A stretch of 64,000 nt of DNA from a marine bacterium B5-7 (lineage in GTDB: Bacteria > Pseudomonadota > Gammaproteobacteria > Arenicellales > CAJQKF01), in assembly GCA_021604525.1 (NCBI GenBank), contig BQJD01000003.1:12242-76241 (forward strand), given 5' to 3'. Shown piece by piece: positions 30,480 to 39,836 of the stretch (within the stretch, counting starts at the first letter, position 1; each line of letters begins with the position of its first letter). The translations under genes and the position numbers were made by a program. Below the pieces are notes generated by a model, which was not told where the DNA came from, made no database searches, and saw only the letters and a list, made by a program, of their open reading frames with translations.

Positions 30480-31648
30480 AAGACTTTAAGAAGATCGAGA
30501 TGGTTTAACATGTCACCGCTCTGCCGGTACTTATCAAACCACTGATCGATCAATTCAATATCATTCGGGGCCGCTGATACGCCATTGGCTATACGATCAT
30601 CGAGTACCGCCTCCACCGCCAACGCGACGGTGCCGGAAACCAGTCTGCCCATGGCACTTGATTCCTTGTTGCCGACTGCATCGATGGCATAAGCCTGGTG
30701 CCATACCGGCACATCATCACGCTGCGCCTGAAGTTCAACGCTTAACACCACCCGGTCCGGTTCGTCATCGGAGTAAGCGTATTGTTGCCAGAGAGTTTTA
30801 CTCATTTCCTTCAGTGTGTTTTCACCGGATGGTCCTTCAAGCTGTTCAATCGTATTGAAAATATTTTTCCACGCATTGGCCCAACCTTGTAATCGAAGTG
30901 TGCCGCGCACGAATTCGTTTACCTGCCAGTCGGGTTCGAAATGATAGTCCTTCATGAAGGGCAGCGAGTCACGGTTAGGATATGCCTCGAAAGTTTCCTG
31001 GCCATGACCGAGATGGACATTATGCTCGACAATGTCATGCCAGGGGCGTTGCGTAATGTATTCCGCACCCTCTCGAATACTCCGTGAAGGTGATTTCAAT
31101 GCTTTCAGGACACCCAGTGGTGACCAGCTGAATTTGTATCGAAAGTCGTTGGCAACGGCGGGAAATCCACCACAGTATGACCTGAATGACAGAATATTAT
31201 CGTCGGCGTACGCTGGATCGTTGCGATAGGCATTTACAAGCTTATGCGCCATCAGGTGATCGATTCCAGGGTCGAGTCCCACCTCGTTAACAAGACACAG
31301 GCCTTTATCCGATGCATCACTGTTGAGGGCACGCATCTCATCTGTCAGGTATGAGCTCGAGACAAAATGAGCATTGCGTTCGATACAGACCTTCGCCAGT
31401 GGTACGTGCCAATCGCCCGGTAACATCGATACCACGACATCTCCCGGTGCAAGCTCGCTTTCCAGTGACTCCTGACTGAATACGCGTGCTTTGGTGCTGG
31501 AATCGACATTACCAATCGCATCTTTTGCTTTTTGAAGTGTCCGATTCCAGACGATCAGGGGTCTATCCGTTTGGGCCAGGTATCTGATTCCGGGAACTGA
31601 TGACAGTCCTGCTCCAATCCAGTGGATGACTGATTGTCTTTGATTCAT
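30476..31648 (-). CDS. saccharopine dehydrogenase (Lys9-like / Glu-forming type)
   Basis: IHWIGAGLSS, VVVSMLP, HFVSSSY, EVGLDPGIDH, FRSYCGG, YKFSWSP.GVL, AYPNRDS, RGTLR. Confidence 0.88.
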   Translation of the reverse strand: MNQRQSVIHWIGAGLSSVPGIRYLAQTDRPLIVWNRTLQKAKDAIGNVDSSTKARVFSQESLESELAPGDVVVSMLPGDWHVPLAKVCIERNAHFVSSSYLTDEMRALNSDASDKGLCLVNEVGLDPGIDHLMAHKLVNAYRNDPAYADDNILSFRSYCGGFPAVANDFRYKFSWSPLGVLKALKSPSRSIREGAEYITQRPWHDIVEHNVHLGHGQETFEAYPNRDSLPFMKDYHFEPDWQVNEFVRGTLRLQGWANAWKNIFNTIEQLEGPSGENTLKEMSKTLWQQYAYSDDEPDRVVLSVELQAQRDDVPVWHQAYAIDAVGNKESSAMGRLVSGTVALAVEAVLDDRIANGVSAAPNDIELIDQWFDKYRQSGDMLNHLDLLKVL

Positions 31649-31984
31649 GATAATTACCGGATAGCTAAATGTTTTTCGTTGTAGTGCAAGATGCCAATAC
31701 ATTACCAATCCTCAAAGGAATAAGGTATTGATCCATCTTTTTAAAAAGTTCAATGTCCTTCCAAAGATGATTTAATCAACCCGGCCCAGAGATTAACTCA
31801 TTTACTGCGGAAGTCGATACGAGATGGACGTGTACCAGTTGCTCATGTCCGATCGCAGGCAAATCCATTAACTGCTATCGAGGGGGTGAGTGCGGTAATT
31901 CAGATAGCCGTCGTACGCTCACCACACAAGAAGCAGTTTTGTCATACTTGTCTGATAGATATTGATGATCGCCTCATGGCGAAG

Positions 31985-34117
31985 TCAGTGCATTGGCGAT
32001 GAGGGTTGATTATCTGTGGGATCAATAGGTGCCGCGTAATCGTCCGCATGGGCATCGCCAAGCGAGATGATTGGATCCATGTCATCGAATACCGATTGCG
32101 GTAGATGACACAGCACGCTATGGCCAGTTGCCAACTCACGCATGGGCGGTAATTCGCGTTCACATAAATCACCTTCCACCTGTGACTTTCGTGGACAGCG
32201 TGTCTGGAACGGACAGCCGGGTGGTGGATACATGGCAGAGGGAATATCCCCCTCCAATACAACATGTTTCTTCTTGACCGACGTATCGGCTATTGGCACT
32301 GCCGATAATAACGCCTCGGTATAGGGATGATACGGTGGCGAAAATACCTGGTCGGTGGAGCCTTGTTCGACAACGTATCCAAGGTACATTACAACAATCC
32401 GATCGGACAAATACCGAACCACAGACATGTCGTGACTGATAAACAGCATGGTGGTTCGCGAATCTCGCTGAATATCCATCAGCAACTCGGTCACTGCGGC
32501 TTGTACCGACACGTCCAATGCCGACACCGGTTCGTCGGCGACGACGACACGAGGATGACCCGCGAAGGCGCGAGCAATACCGATACGCTGTTTTTGACCG
32601 CCGGATAATTGTCGCGGTTTACGCTTCTCAAATTCCCGCGGCAGTTTGACCAGGTCGAGCAACTCAAGCATTCGCTGACGTCGTTCCTCGTTGTTATTGC
32701 CCATGCCGAACTTTTCCAGCACGCGAATGATTTGCCCGCCAATGGTGTGGCTTGGGTTCAGCGTATCGAAGGGGTTCTGAAAGACCATCTGCACCGAGCT
32801 GACCGTGTTCGTATCACGCTCGTGGATGATGACCGAGCCAATTTCCTTGTCGTTTAAAAACACTTCGCCAGATGTCGCTGTTTCAAGACCCAGGAGTATC
32901 TTGGCAAGGGTCGATTTGCCGCAGCCGGATTCACCGACAATTGCCACTGTCTCGGCTTCACGGGCCTCAAGCGTGACGGATTCGTTGGCCTTGACGACGC
33001 GTTTTTGAATCCCGCCAAAAATGGCATTGGCTGCGACCTGATAATGCTTTTTAAGGTTGTTAACCCTGAGTACGATCTCTCCGGCTGTCACTGATTCCTG
33101 TTTTTTGATATTGGCCGGTGGCGCGTTCCAGTCGATTTCGCGCGACCGAACACAGCGGATTTCATGGTCGGGTTCTTCGGCTACCGGTTGCATCGGCAAA
33201 TCGCCTTTGTCACAAACACCGCCAACGAAATAGTCGCAGCGTGGGCCGAAGTTGCAGCCGGGCGGTCGCAGGTGGGGAAGGGGAAACTGACCGGGTATGG
33301 CAATCAGCGGTCGGGCATTTTTATCAGCACCGGGCAAAGGTATGGAACGGAACAAACCTTGAGTATAAGGGTGACGCATACGGTCAAAAACTTCTTTAAC
33401 CGTGCCGGATTCAACCGCCTCACCCGAATACATAACCGTGATCCGATCGCAGGTTTCGAGAATCAATCCCAGGTTATGGGATATAAACAGCATGGATGTG
33501 CCGAACTCTTTCCCCAGATCCTTGACCAAATCGACAATTCCTGCTTCAACAGTTACATCCAAAGCAGTGGTTGGCTCATCCAGCAATAACAAGGCGGGCT
33601 TTGAGAGCAATGCCATGGCTATGACGATTCGCTGTTGTTGTCCCCCGGATAACTGATGCGGATAGGAGTTCGCAATTCGATCCGGATCAGGCAGGCGCAC
33701 AGCGTCAAGCAGGTCGATGGAACGTTTGCTTGCATCTGTTTCAGACAAACCTTCATGAATCATGGTGACTTCATTGAGCTGCTTGATAACCTTCATGGCC
33801 GGATTGAGGCTGGCCATGGGCTCCTGGTAAATCATGGATATCTGAGAACCGCGAATTTTGCGCAACTCTTCATCAGACATATCGACCATATCGCGGCCGC
33901 GGAATTTGATCGACCCGCCGACGATACGACCGTTCTTGCCAAGATCGCGCATGATCCCGAGTGCAACAGTGGACTTGCCACAACCCGACTCACCAACCAG
34001 CCCCATGGCTTCTCCGGGCATGACCTCGCAGGAGAAATCCATGACCGCCGGGATCTCACCAATTCGTGTAAAAAATGAGATACACAAGTCGTCAATTTTT
34101 AAAATGGGTTCGCTCAT
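31985..34117 (-). CDS. Dpp/Opp-type ABC ATPase, two fused domains
   Basis: two GESGCGKS Walker A motifs, two LSGGQ signatures, two HPYT motifs, two Cys-rich C-terminal motifs. Confidence 0.95.
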   Translation of the reverse strand: MSEPILKIDDLCISFFTRIGEIPAVMDFSCEVMPGEAMGLVGESGCGKSTVALGIMRDLGKNGRIVGGSIKFRGRDMVDMSDEELRKIRGSQISMIYQEPMASLNPAMKVIKQLNEVTMIHEGLSETDASKRSIDLLDAVRLPDPDRIANSYPHQLSGGQQQRIVIAMALLSKPALLLLDEPTTALDVTVEAGIVDLVKDLGKEFGTSMLFISHNLGLILETCDRITVMYSGEAVESGTVKEVFDRMRHPYTQGLFRSIPLPGADKNARPLIAIPGQFPLPHLRPPGCNFGPRCDYFVGGVCDKGDLPMQPVAEEPDHEIRCVRSREIDWNAPPANIKKQESVTAGEIVLRVNNLKKHYQVAANAIFGGIQKRVVKANESVTLEAREAETVAIVGESGCGKSTLAKILLGLETATSGEVFLNDKEIGSVIIHERDTNTVSSVQMVFQNPFDTLNPSHTIGGQIIRVLEKFGMGNNNEERRQRMLELLDLVKLPREFEKRKPRQLSGGQKQRIGIARAFAGHPRVVVADEPVSALDVSVQAAVTELLMDIQRDSRTTMLFISHDMSVVRYLSDRIVVMYLGYVVEQGSTDQVFSPPYHPYTEALLSAVPIADTSVKKKHVVLEGDIPSAMYPPPGCPFQTRCPRKSQVEGDLCERELPPMRELATGHSVLCHLPQSVFDDMDPIISLGDAHADDYAAPIDPTDNQPSSPMH

Positions 34118-34128
34118 AAGGGATACCT

Positions 34129-35331
34129 TTAGTCTCTTAACGACTCCTCGCGCAGCCCGTCAGCCAGGAGATTGAGGCCCAGAACCAGGGTCATTAACGC
34201 AAGCGCCGGGATTAACGACAAGTGAATCGAAGAGGCTACGCGTACAAATGGCCGACCGTGGTTGATCATCGAACCCCAGTCCGGACTTTCCGGTGAAAGC
34301 CCAAGACCGAAGAAGCCCAGCGTGCCGAGCAGTATGGTGGTATAGCCAATGCGTAAACAGCCGTCGACTATTAGTGGGCCACGTGCATTGGGTAGAATCT
34401 CCCACAGCATGATGTACCAGGGTCGTTCACCACGGGTTTGCGCCGCCGCCACATAATCGCGTGTACCGATATCGAGCGTCAGACCGCGTACGATTCGAAA
34501 TACACCGGGGCTCGATCCGAGTACTACCGCTGCAAATACATTCAACTCGTTTGGTTCAAGATTGAACGGTGCAAAGTCGGCGCCGAAGACCAGACCGGCG
34601 TAAATCCACAAACCAATAATGACTGTAGCGCCGATATACATTGCCAGTTTTTTAGGCGCATGGTCAAATCGGGTTAACCATAGCGTGCATAGAAAGATGA
34701 TCGGAAAAAGAAAGAAGAATCCGGCGAGGCCGATGGGTATTGACCAGGGTAGGGAGAAAAGTCCGAGATCATAGTAGACCGGTTGGCGAATCTCCGGCGT
34801 CACCAATAGATAAAAAAGCAGGATGACCGGAAATGCCAGAATCAGGTTGGCCAGGAACGACAGTACGGTGTCGATGCGCCCACCGAAATAACCTGCTGGC
34901 AAACCGAGGGTAATCCCCACCATGTAGGCAACAGCAGTCGCCGCCGGTGCAATGATCAATACAATCTGGCTGCCCCAGACGACGCGTGAGAATATATCGC
35001 GGGCGAGGTTATCGGCACCCCATATCATGATGATGTTGTTACCGGCATCAATAATACCGGGACCGCCCTTTTTAATGCCCGGCGTGAAACTTGCGGCATC
35101 GGAAGGCATGACAGCGATGATGTCAGCGAAAATCGCGGTAAAGATCCAGAATAATACGATGATAAGACCGGTCATGCCGACCGGCGAATCAAACAGCCGC
35201 CCGAACAAGCCGAGTTTTGATCGTGTAATCCAGCCACCGATCAGAACTACTGCAATTGCAGACCATGTTGGCCAGAACCGAATGATTGATGTGGTAAAGA
35301 TCTCGAATGTCGAGATGTATTCGTTTTCCAA
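34129..35331 (-). CDS. Dpp-type ABC permease (DppC-like, with internal insertion)
   Basis: GADNLARDIFSRV, YVAAAQTRGE, EILPNARGPL, GLSPESPDWG. Confidence 0.92.
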   Translation of the reverse strand: MENEYISTFEIFTTSIIRFWPTWSAIAVVLIGGWITRSKLGLFGRLFDSPVGMTGLIIVLFWIFTAIFADIIAVMPSDAASFTPGIKKGGPGIIDAGNNIIMIWGADNLARDIFSRVVWGSQIVLIIAPAATAVAYMVGITLGLPAGYFGGRIDTVLSFLANLILAFPVILLFYLLVTPEIRQPVYYDLGLFSLPWSIPIGLAGFFFLFPIIFLCTLWLTRFDHAPKKLAMYIGATVIIGLWIYAGLVFGADFAPFNLEPNELNVFAAVVLGSSPGVFRIVRGLTLDIGTRDYVAAAQTRGERPWYIMLWEILPNARGPLIVDGCLRIGYTTILLGTLGFFGLGLSPESPDWGSMINHGRPFVRVASSIHLSLIPALALMTLVLGLNLLADGLREESLRD

Positions 35332-35350
35332 TGCGTGATCCCCCGTTAAC

Positions 35351-36286
35351 TCAATTGACGCGAATGCGCGGATTGAGATAGGCGTAACCGATATCGGATA
35401 TGAGCTGGGTGCTCAACACCACGAAAACTGCGACCACTGAACAGCCGAGAAGGAGGTCGATGTCGTTGTTGGCAGCCGCATTGACCAGCAACCAGCCGAA
35501 GCCCTTGTAGTTAAACATTGCCTCTACGATAACAACACCGGTCAATAGCCAGGGAAATTGCAGCATGATGACTGTAAAGGGTGCGATGAGTGCATTGCGA
35601 AGTGCATGTTTAACAACAATATTCTTGAAACTGACGCCTTTCAGTCGGGCAGTTCGAATGTACTGGGAGCTCATTACTTCAACCATAGAAGCGCGAGTCA
35701 TGCGAGCGATATAACCCATGCCATAGATCGCCATGGTGATTACTGGCAGGGTAAAATTTTCAATAGTGATATTGTTAACGGACGACACCCCTTTAAGCCA
35801 TCCCAACGTCGATGCGAAGATAACGGTAAAGATAATACCGGTGACATACTCGGGTGCAGATGTCGTGGTGATCGATGCAACCGAGAGAGCCCGATCGAGC
35901 TTCGTACCCTCCCGCATGCCCGCCAGCACACCTATCAACAGTGCCATGGGAACCATGACGACCATTACCCAGAACATCAGTATGCCGGTGTAACCAAGAC
36001 GTTGCCCCAGTTCACCAGTTACCGGTTTTTGCATGCGCAGGCTATAGCCCATGTCGCCTTGCACGGTATTGATGAGCCACTCACCGTAGCGTTTTATGAG
36101 CGGTTCACGATAACCGTTACTTTCAAGCCATGATTCGACCTGTTCGTCGGTCATCCGCATGTTGCCCTGGGTTTTGGCGATTTTTTCCAGGTTGGGATCG
36201 AGATTGACGAGGTAGAAGACGATGAACGTCAGACAGATCGCCGTCAGTACCATGACGCCAAGGCGTTTTAGGATGAACGAGAACAT
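35351..36286 (-). CDS. Dpp-type ABC permease (DppB-like)
   Basis: GDMGYS, ARMTRASMVEVMSSQYIRTARLKG, HALRNAL, VEAMFNY.GFG. Confidence 0.94.
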   Translation of the reverse strand: MFSFILKRLGVMVLTAICLTFIVFYLVNLDPNLEKIAKTQGNMRMTDEQVESWLESNGYREPLIKRYGEWLINTVQGDMGYSLRMQKPVTGELGQRLGYTGILMFWVMVVMVPMALLIGVLAGMREGTKLDRALSVASITTTSAPEYVTGIIFTVIFASTLGWLKGVSSVNNITIENFTLPVITMAIYGMGYIARMTRASMVEVMSSQYIRTARLKGVSFKNIVVKHALRNALIAPFTVIMLQFPWLLTGVVIVEAMFNYKGFGWLLVNAAANNDIDLLLGCSVVAVFVVLSTQLISDIGYAYLNPRIRVN

Positions 36287-36362
36287 CTGATTTCCCCTGT
36301 CGTACTATGGTTTTTATGCAAATCGAAGTGAATGACGATTCGCTTAAAACAAGTGCCTGTTC

Positions 36363-36389
36363 AGGTAGCCCCACACGGGGGCCACCTGT
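36363..36389 (-). terminator. stem-loop between the SBP and permease genes
   Basis: minus-strand CAGGUGGCCCC-CGUGU-GGGGCUACCUG, 11-bp stem with one G-U, 14 nt after the SBP stop; typical of an mRNA-stabilising element in ABC operons. Confidence 0.6.
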
Positions 36390-36402
36390 TGGAGACTTAC
36401 TG

Positions 36403-38049
36403 TCAGGTATTTAGCCAGATTTTGTCATGGTGATGTTCGAAGGCTTGATGAACCTCGAATCCCATAACGTAGTCGCGAGTATTTCTAAACAACGCGCGCC
36501 AGTAAGGTTGAATGATGATGCCCGAATCCTGTAACGTTTGTTCGATATCTTTCATCAGCGCACGGCGTTCGTCTGCGTCGGAGACTGACAATGCTTTTTC
36601 CAACATTGCATCGAACTCGGGATTGGAATAACCGCTCTCGTTCCATGCTTCGCCGGTCCGATAGGCTAATGCGAGTACCTGCACACCCAATGGGCGAGGG
36701 TTCCAGTTGGTTGTGGAGAAAGGATACTTTGTCCAGTCGTTCCAGAATGTCGAACTTGGGATGATTGTGCGTTTGACATTAATTCCGGCATCACGCATTT
36801 GTGCGGCGATAGCGTCGGATGTGTTGCGGCGCCAATCGTCGTCAATCGAGATCAACTCGAACTCATGATCACTCATGCCAGCTTCAGCCAACAACGCCAT
36901 TGCGCCCTCAACATCACGTTCGATCAGCGGTAGTTCGTAGTATTCGATATGCACCGGTCCGACGTGATGATTCTCGGCCTTGGTGCCAAGACCATTCAGA
37001 CCCAATGATAAAACGACATTATTGTCGACCGACTTCTGGATGGCCTGACGGACTCGAACATCGTCGTAAGGCGGATTGTTCACATTCATGCGGGCAACGA
37101 TGGTTGCACCGGTGGCAACCTTGGTTTTCACCCAGCCATCCAGTGCATCGACCTGTTCATGCATATCGGCGCGAGTATCGTGAACGGCATCCACTTCCTC
37201 GGCTTCCATCGCCGAAATCCATGCATTGATGTCTTCGCCGTAATCAACGTAAATGATGCCATCAAGGTGAGCATCGCCACCCCAGTAACCCTCGCGACGG
37301 CGTAGTTCGGCGCCAACACCCGGTTCCCAGGAAACAATGTCGAAAGGGCCGGTGCCGATATTCATTTGCTCCAGTAAATCGCCGTCCGGATCGAAACTTG
37401 GGTGAACGAGCGCCGCGGGATAGTCTGATATGCCGGGGATGATGGTGATGTCGGAGGTCGAAAGATTCAGGACAACCGTATGGTCATCCTTAACTTCGAT
37501 AGCTCCATCTATGGCCTTGTTGGTATCCGGGTCAATCAGTGAACTGACACGGGCCGCCATGGAGTTTCCTTCAACGGCCTTGTCGCACCAGCGATCAATA
37601 TTGAAAGCGACATCTTTCGCGGTAAAGTCATCACCATTTGACCACTTGATACCTTTGCGGACGTTGAGGGTAAATTGGGTCGCATCGTCGTTCGATTCCC
37701 AACTCTCGAGAAGCTGCGGTGAAAATGTTAAATCATTCTCCCAGCGAACCAGATATTCCAGGGAACCGCGTGCAACGTTAGCCATTTCTGACCAGTCGAA
37801 ATTTCTCGGATCCTTCATTTCCTTGACTACCATCTGCACCCGCAGGACACCACCCATCTTCGGTTCCTGTGCTTCAGCAATTGGTACATTAAGGCCAATT
37901 AGTCCATAAGCAGTTGCAGCGGTCGCACCAAGTGCTGATGCGCGTGCGAGAAATTCGCGTCGACTCATACCGCCTTTGATTGTTTCGGCGGCCATTTCGG
38001 GAATTCGTTTATGGAGGGGTTTACCATTAATAGTTTGCTTAAACTTCAT
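36403..38049 (-). CDS. Dpp/Opp-type ABC substrate-binding protein with Tat signal
   Basis: SRREFL twin-arginine motif, [39 protein letters not shown]. Confidence 0.93.
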   Translation of the reverse strand: MKFKQTINGKPLHKRIPEMAAETIKGGMSRREFLARASALGATAATAYGLIGLNVPIAEAQEPKMGGVLRVQMVVKEMKDPRNFDWSEMANVARGSLEYLVRWENDLTFSPQLLESWESNDDATQFTLNVRKGIKWSNGDDFTAKDVAFNIDRWCDKAVEGNSMAARVSSLIDPDTNKAIDGAIEVKDDHTVVLNLSTSDITIIPGISDYPAALVHPSFDPDGDLLEQMNIGTGPFDIVSWEPGVGAELRRREGYWGGDAHLDGIIYVDYGEDINAWISAMEAEEVDAVHDTRADMHEQVDALDGWVKTKVATGATIVARMNVNNPPYDDVRVRQAIQKSVDNNVVLSLGLNGLGTKAENHHVGPVHIEYYELPLIERDVEGAMALLAEAGMSDHEFELISIDDDWRRNTSDAIAAQMRDAGINVKRTIIPSSTFWNDWTKYPFSTTNWNPRPLGVQVLALAYRTGEAWNESGYSNPEFDAMLEKALSVSDADERRALMKDIEQTLQDSGIIIQPYWRALFRNTRDYVMGFEVHQAFEHHHDKIWLNT

Positions 38050-38561
38050 TGTTCAGTCTCATATGTGTGAGTGACTTGGAGCACAGTCGGAAGAATTTTC
38101 CGATCAGGCATCATTTACCACAGGTGCGAATTTTAAAAGCACTCCGACATGGCGCGAAGCGCTCTTTGTGGCCCTTCTTATAAAAAATAGTTGGACGAGA
38201 GCACGGTAAACCGCATCAATTGGGATGTTGACAGGTAACGATTTCTCCTCAATTAGTAGCAGAAAGACGTGTGCGTACAATTAAAGGCTACTTGATTTTA
38301 GAATCGAATGAAACCTTAACCATGCGAACACGGGGTTTTAACCAAATGCCAGACGATAATAATATTCTTATATGTTTGGTTGCATTTTCTCAATTACATG
38401 TACACGTACGGCACATATACAAAGGTAATGGAAGGTTTTGCTTCCCGTATGGTTTCAATGCGTATAAACATGTCCGATAAACGACGTCACCATTTTGCTC
38501 ATTTGTTGACCGATTAAACATTACGACCGATCAATCCACACCATAACTGTGAACTTTTAAT

Positions 38562-38680
38562 ATGCAAACCCTGTTGATAGGTTGCGGGCTATGGGGCACC
38601 AAGATTCTCCGCAACCTGTGGTTGCCAGGTTGCGAAGTTGATGTGGTTGATACATCTCCAGCCCGACGATTCGTAGCAGA
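38562..38680 (+). pseudogene. N-terminal remnant of a Gfo/Idh/MocA-type oxidoreductase
   Basis: MQTLLIGCGLWGTKILRNL...EVDVVDTSPARR = Rossmann beta-alpha-beta (GxGxWG) only; no SD; runs into the 3' end of the opposite-strand gene. Confidence 0.5.
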
Positions 38681-38691
38681 TTGGTTCAGAT

Positions 38692-39522
38692 TCAAGACTC
38701 ACCTTGTTTATTTAGCGTCGCGATTATCTGGTAGTCGTCTGGTTGTGTTCGGGCAATATCGCTCAGCATCAGTCGTTTGACCTCCTTGCTAATTGAAGTG
38801 TCTGTAACTGCTGTAGCAAATGCCTCGATAAGATGCTCAATGTCATCAGCCATAGTGCGCCTGGATGTAATAAGCGGTAACCCCGGTAACAGCGGTCCTT
38901 GCGCAAAAATTCGTATATCGTCAATTTCTTCCGGACGGTAATGTTTGATCAACCCGAATGTCACGCAATCGATTGCCGCGATATCGGCAGCGCCGGAACT
39001 AACTGTTTTGATACTTTGCTCGTGTTTGCCGGTTACTATAATCTTCGAAAAAATATTTTCCATGGATTCGTTTTCTGACAGCAGAAATTTCAGTACGTTG
39101 TAACCACTCAGGGAATCCCGGGAATTGATGGCCAGCGTGCGACCGCGAAAATCATCAAGACTTGTACCGTATTCATTCTCGCGGGTAATGAGCCACGATC
39201 GATAGAAGTGACCTTCGCATCCATCCACCCCATAGCACGGTGTACCCACCAGTTGGACCTTGTTGTGAAGTTTCGTTGTTAGTGGATAACCGCACGTCTG
39301 GCTCAACAATAGATCAGGATCGAGCCAGCTCGCATAATTTTCCTCGGCATGATCGAGTGTGTCAGGCAATCTCTGTACGCCACGTCGAATCAGTTTCCGT
39401 CGGACTACTTGGAAAAATTTGTCATGGTCCAGGCGAGTCTCCGGCAGTTCGTACATGGGGAGCTGAACTGGACGGGGTTTATCTTCAGGATATTTTTTGT
39501 CGGGCACGCTATGTACATTCAA
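38692..39522 (-). CDS. PhnD/SsuA/transferrin-fold binding protein without a signal peptide
   Basis: LPMY, LLLSQTCGYP, AINSRDSLSGY, TGKHEQSI..V..G.ADIAAIDCVTF, PGLPLIT. Confidence 0.82.
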   Translation of the reverse strand: MNVHSVPDKKYPEDKPRPVQLPMYELPETRLDHDKFFQVVRRKLIRRGVQRLPDTLDHAEENYASWLDPDLLLSQTCGYPLTTKLHNKVQLVGTPCYGVDGCEGHFYRSWLITRENEYGTSLDDFRGRTLAINSRDSLSGYNVLKFLLSENESMENIFSKIIVTGKHEQSIKTVSSGAADIAAIDCVTFGLIKHYRPEEIDDIRIFAQGPLLPGLPLITSRRTMADDIEHLIEAFATAVTDTSISKEVKRLMLSDIARTQPDDYQIIATLNKQGES

Positions 39523-39836
39523 AGTGGTTTAAATAATTAGTTGTAAGTCGACCTATCCCTTAAGTCTGGTGCTTGACTCAAGTACGTCACCTGATATGTT
39601 CACATACGTGAATTTGACCGGCACGCGATTTCAAAGGAGTAGAACCCAGACTGGCATTCATCAATTCATCGTTAAAACTGGAATCAGGATTGCTTGTCCC
39701 TCGATAATATTCAAGCACCGCGAGATTGTATCAAGTCACCCCGTTGCTGATTATTGACGTGCCAACCAATCCTGTATGTCGAAATCGCTGATCAATTATA
39801 TTAACCAGTCACACAACGAACCTCCAGGAGATCTCA

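Noticed and set aside
39599-39612. TTCAC-N4-GTGAA palindrome in the putA/PhnD-fold spacer
   Set aside because: Single occurrence matching no consensus I can name; could be chance
39617-39633. sigma54-like CCGGCACG-N4-TTTCA upstream of putA
   Set aside because: Lacks the invariant -12 GC
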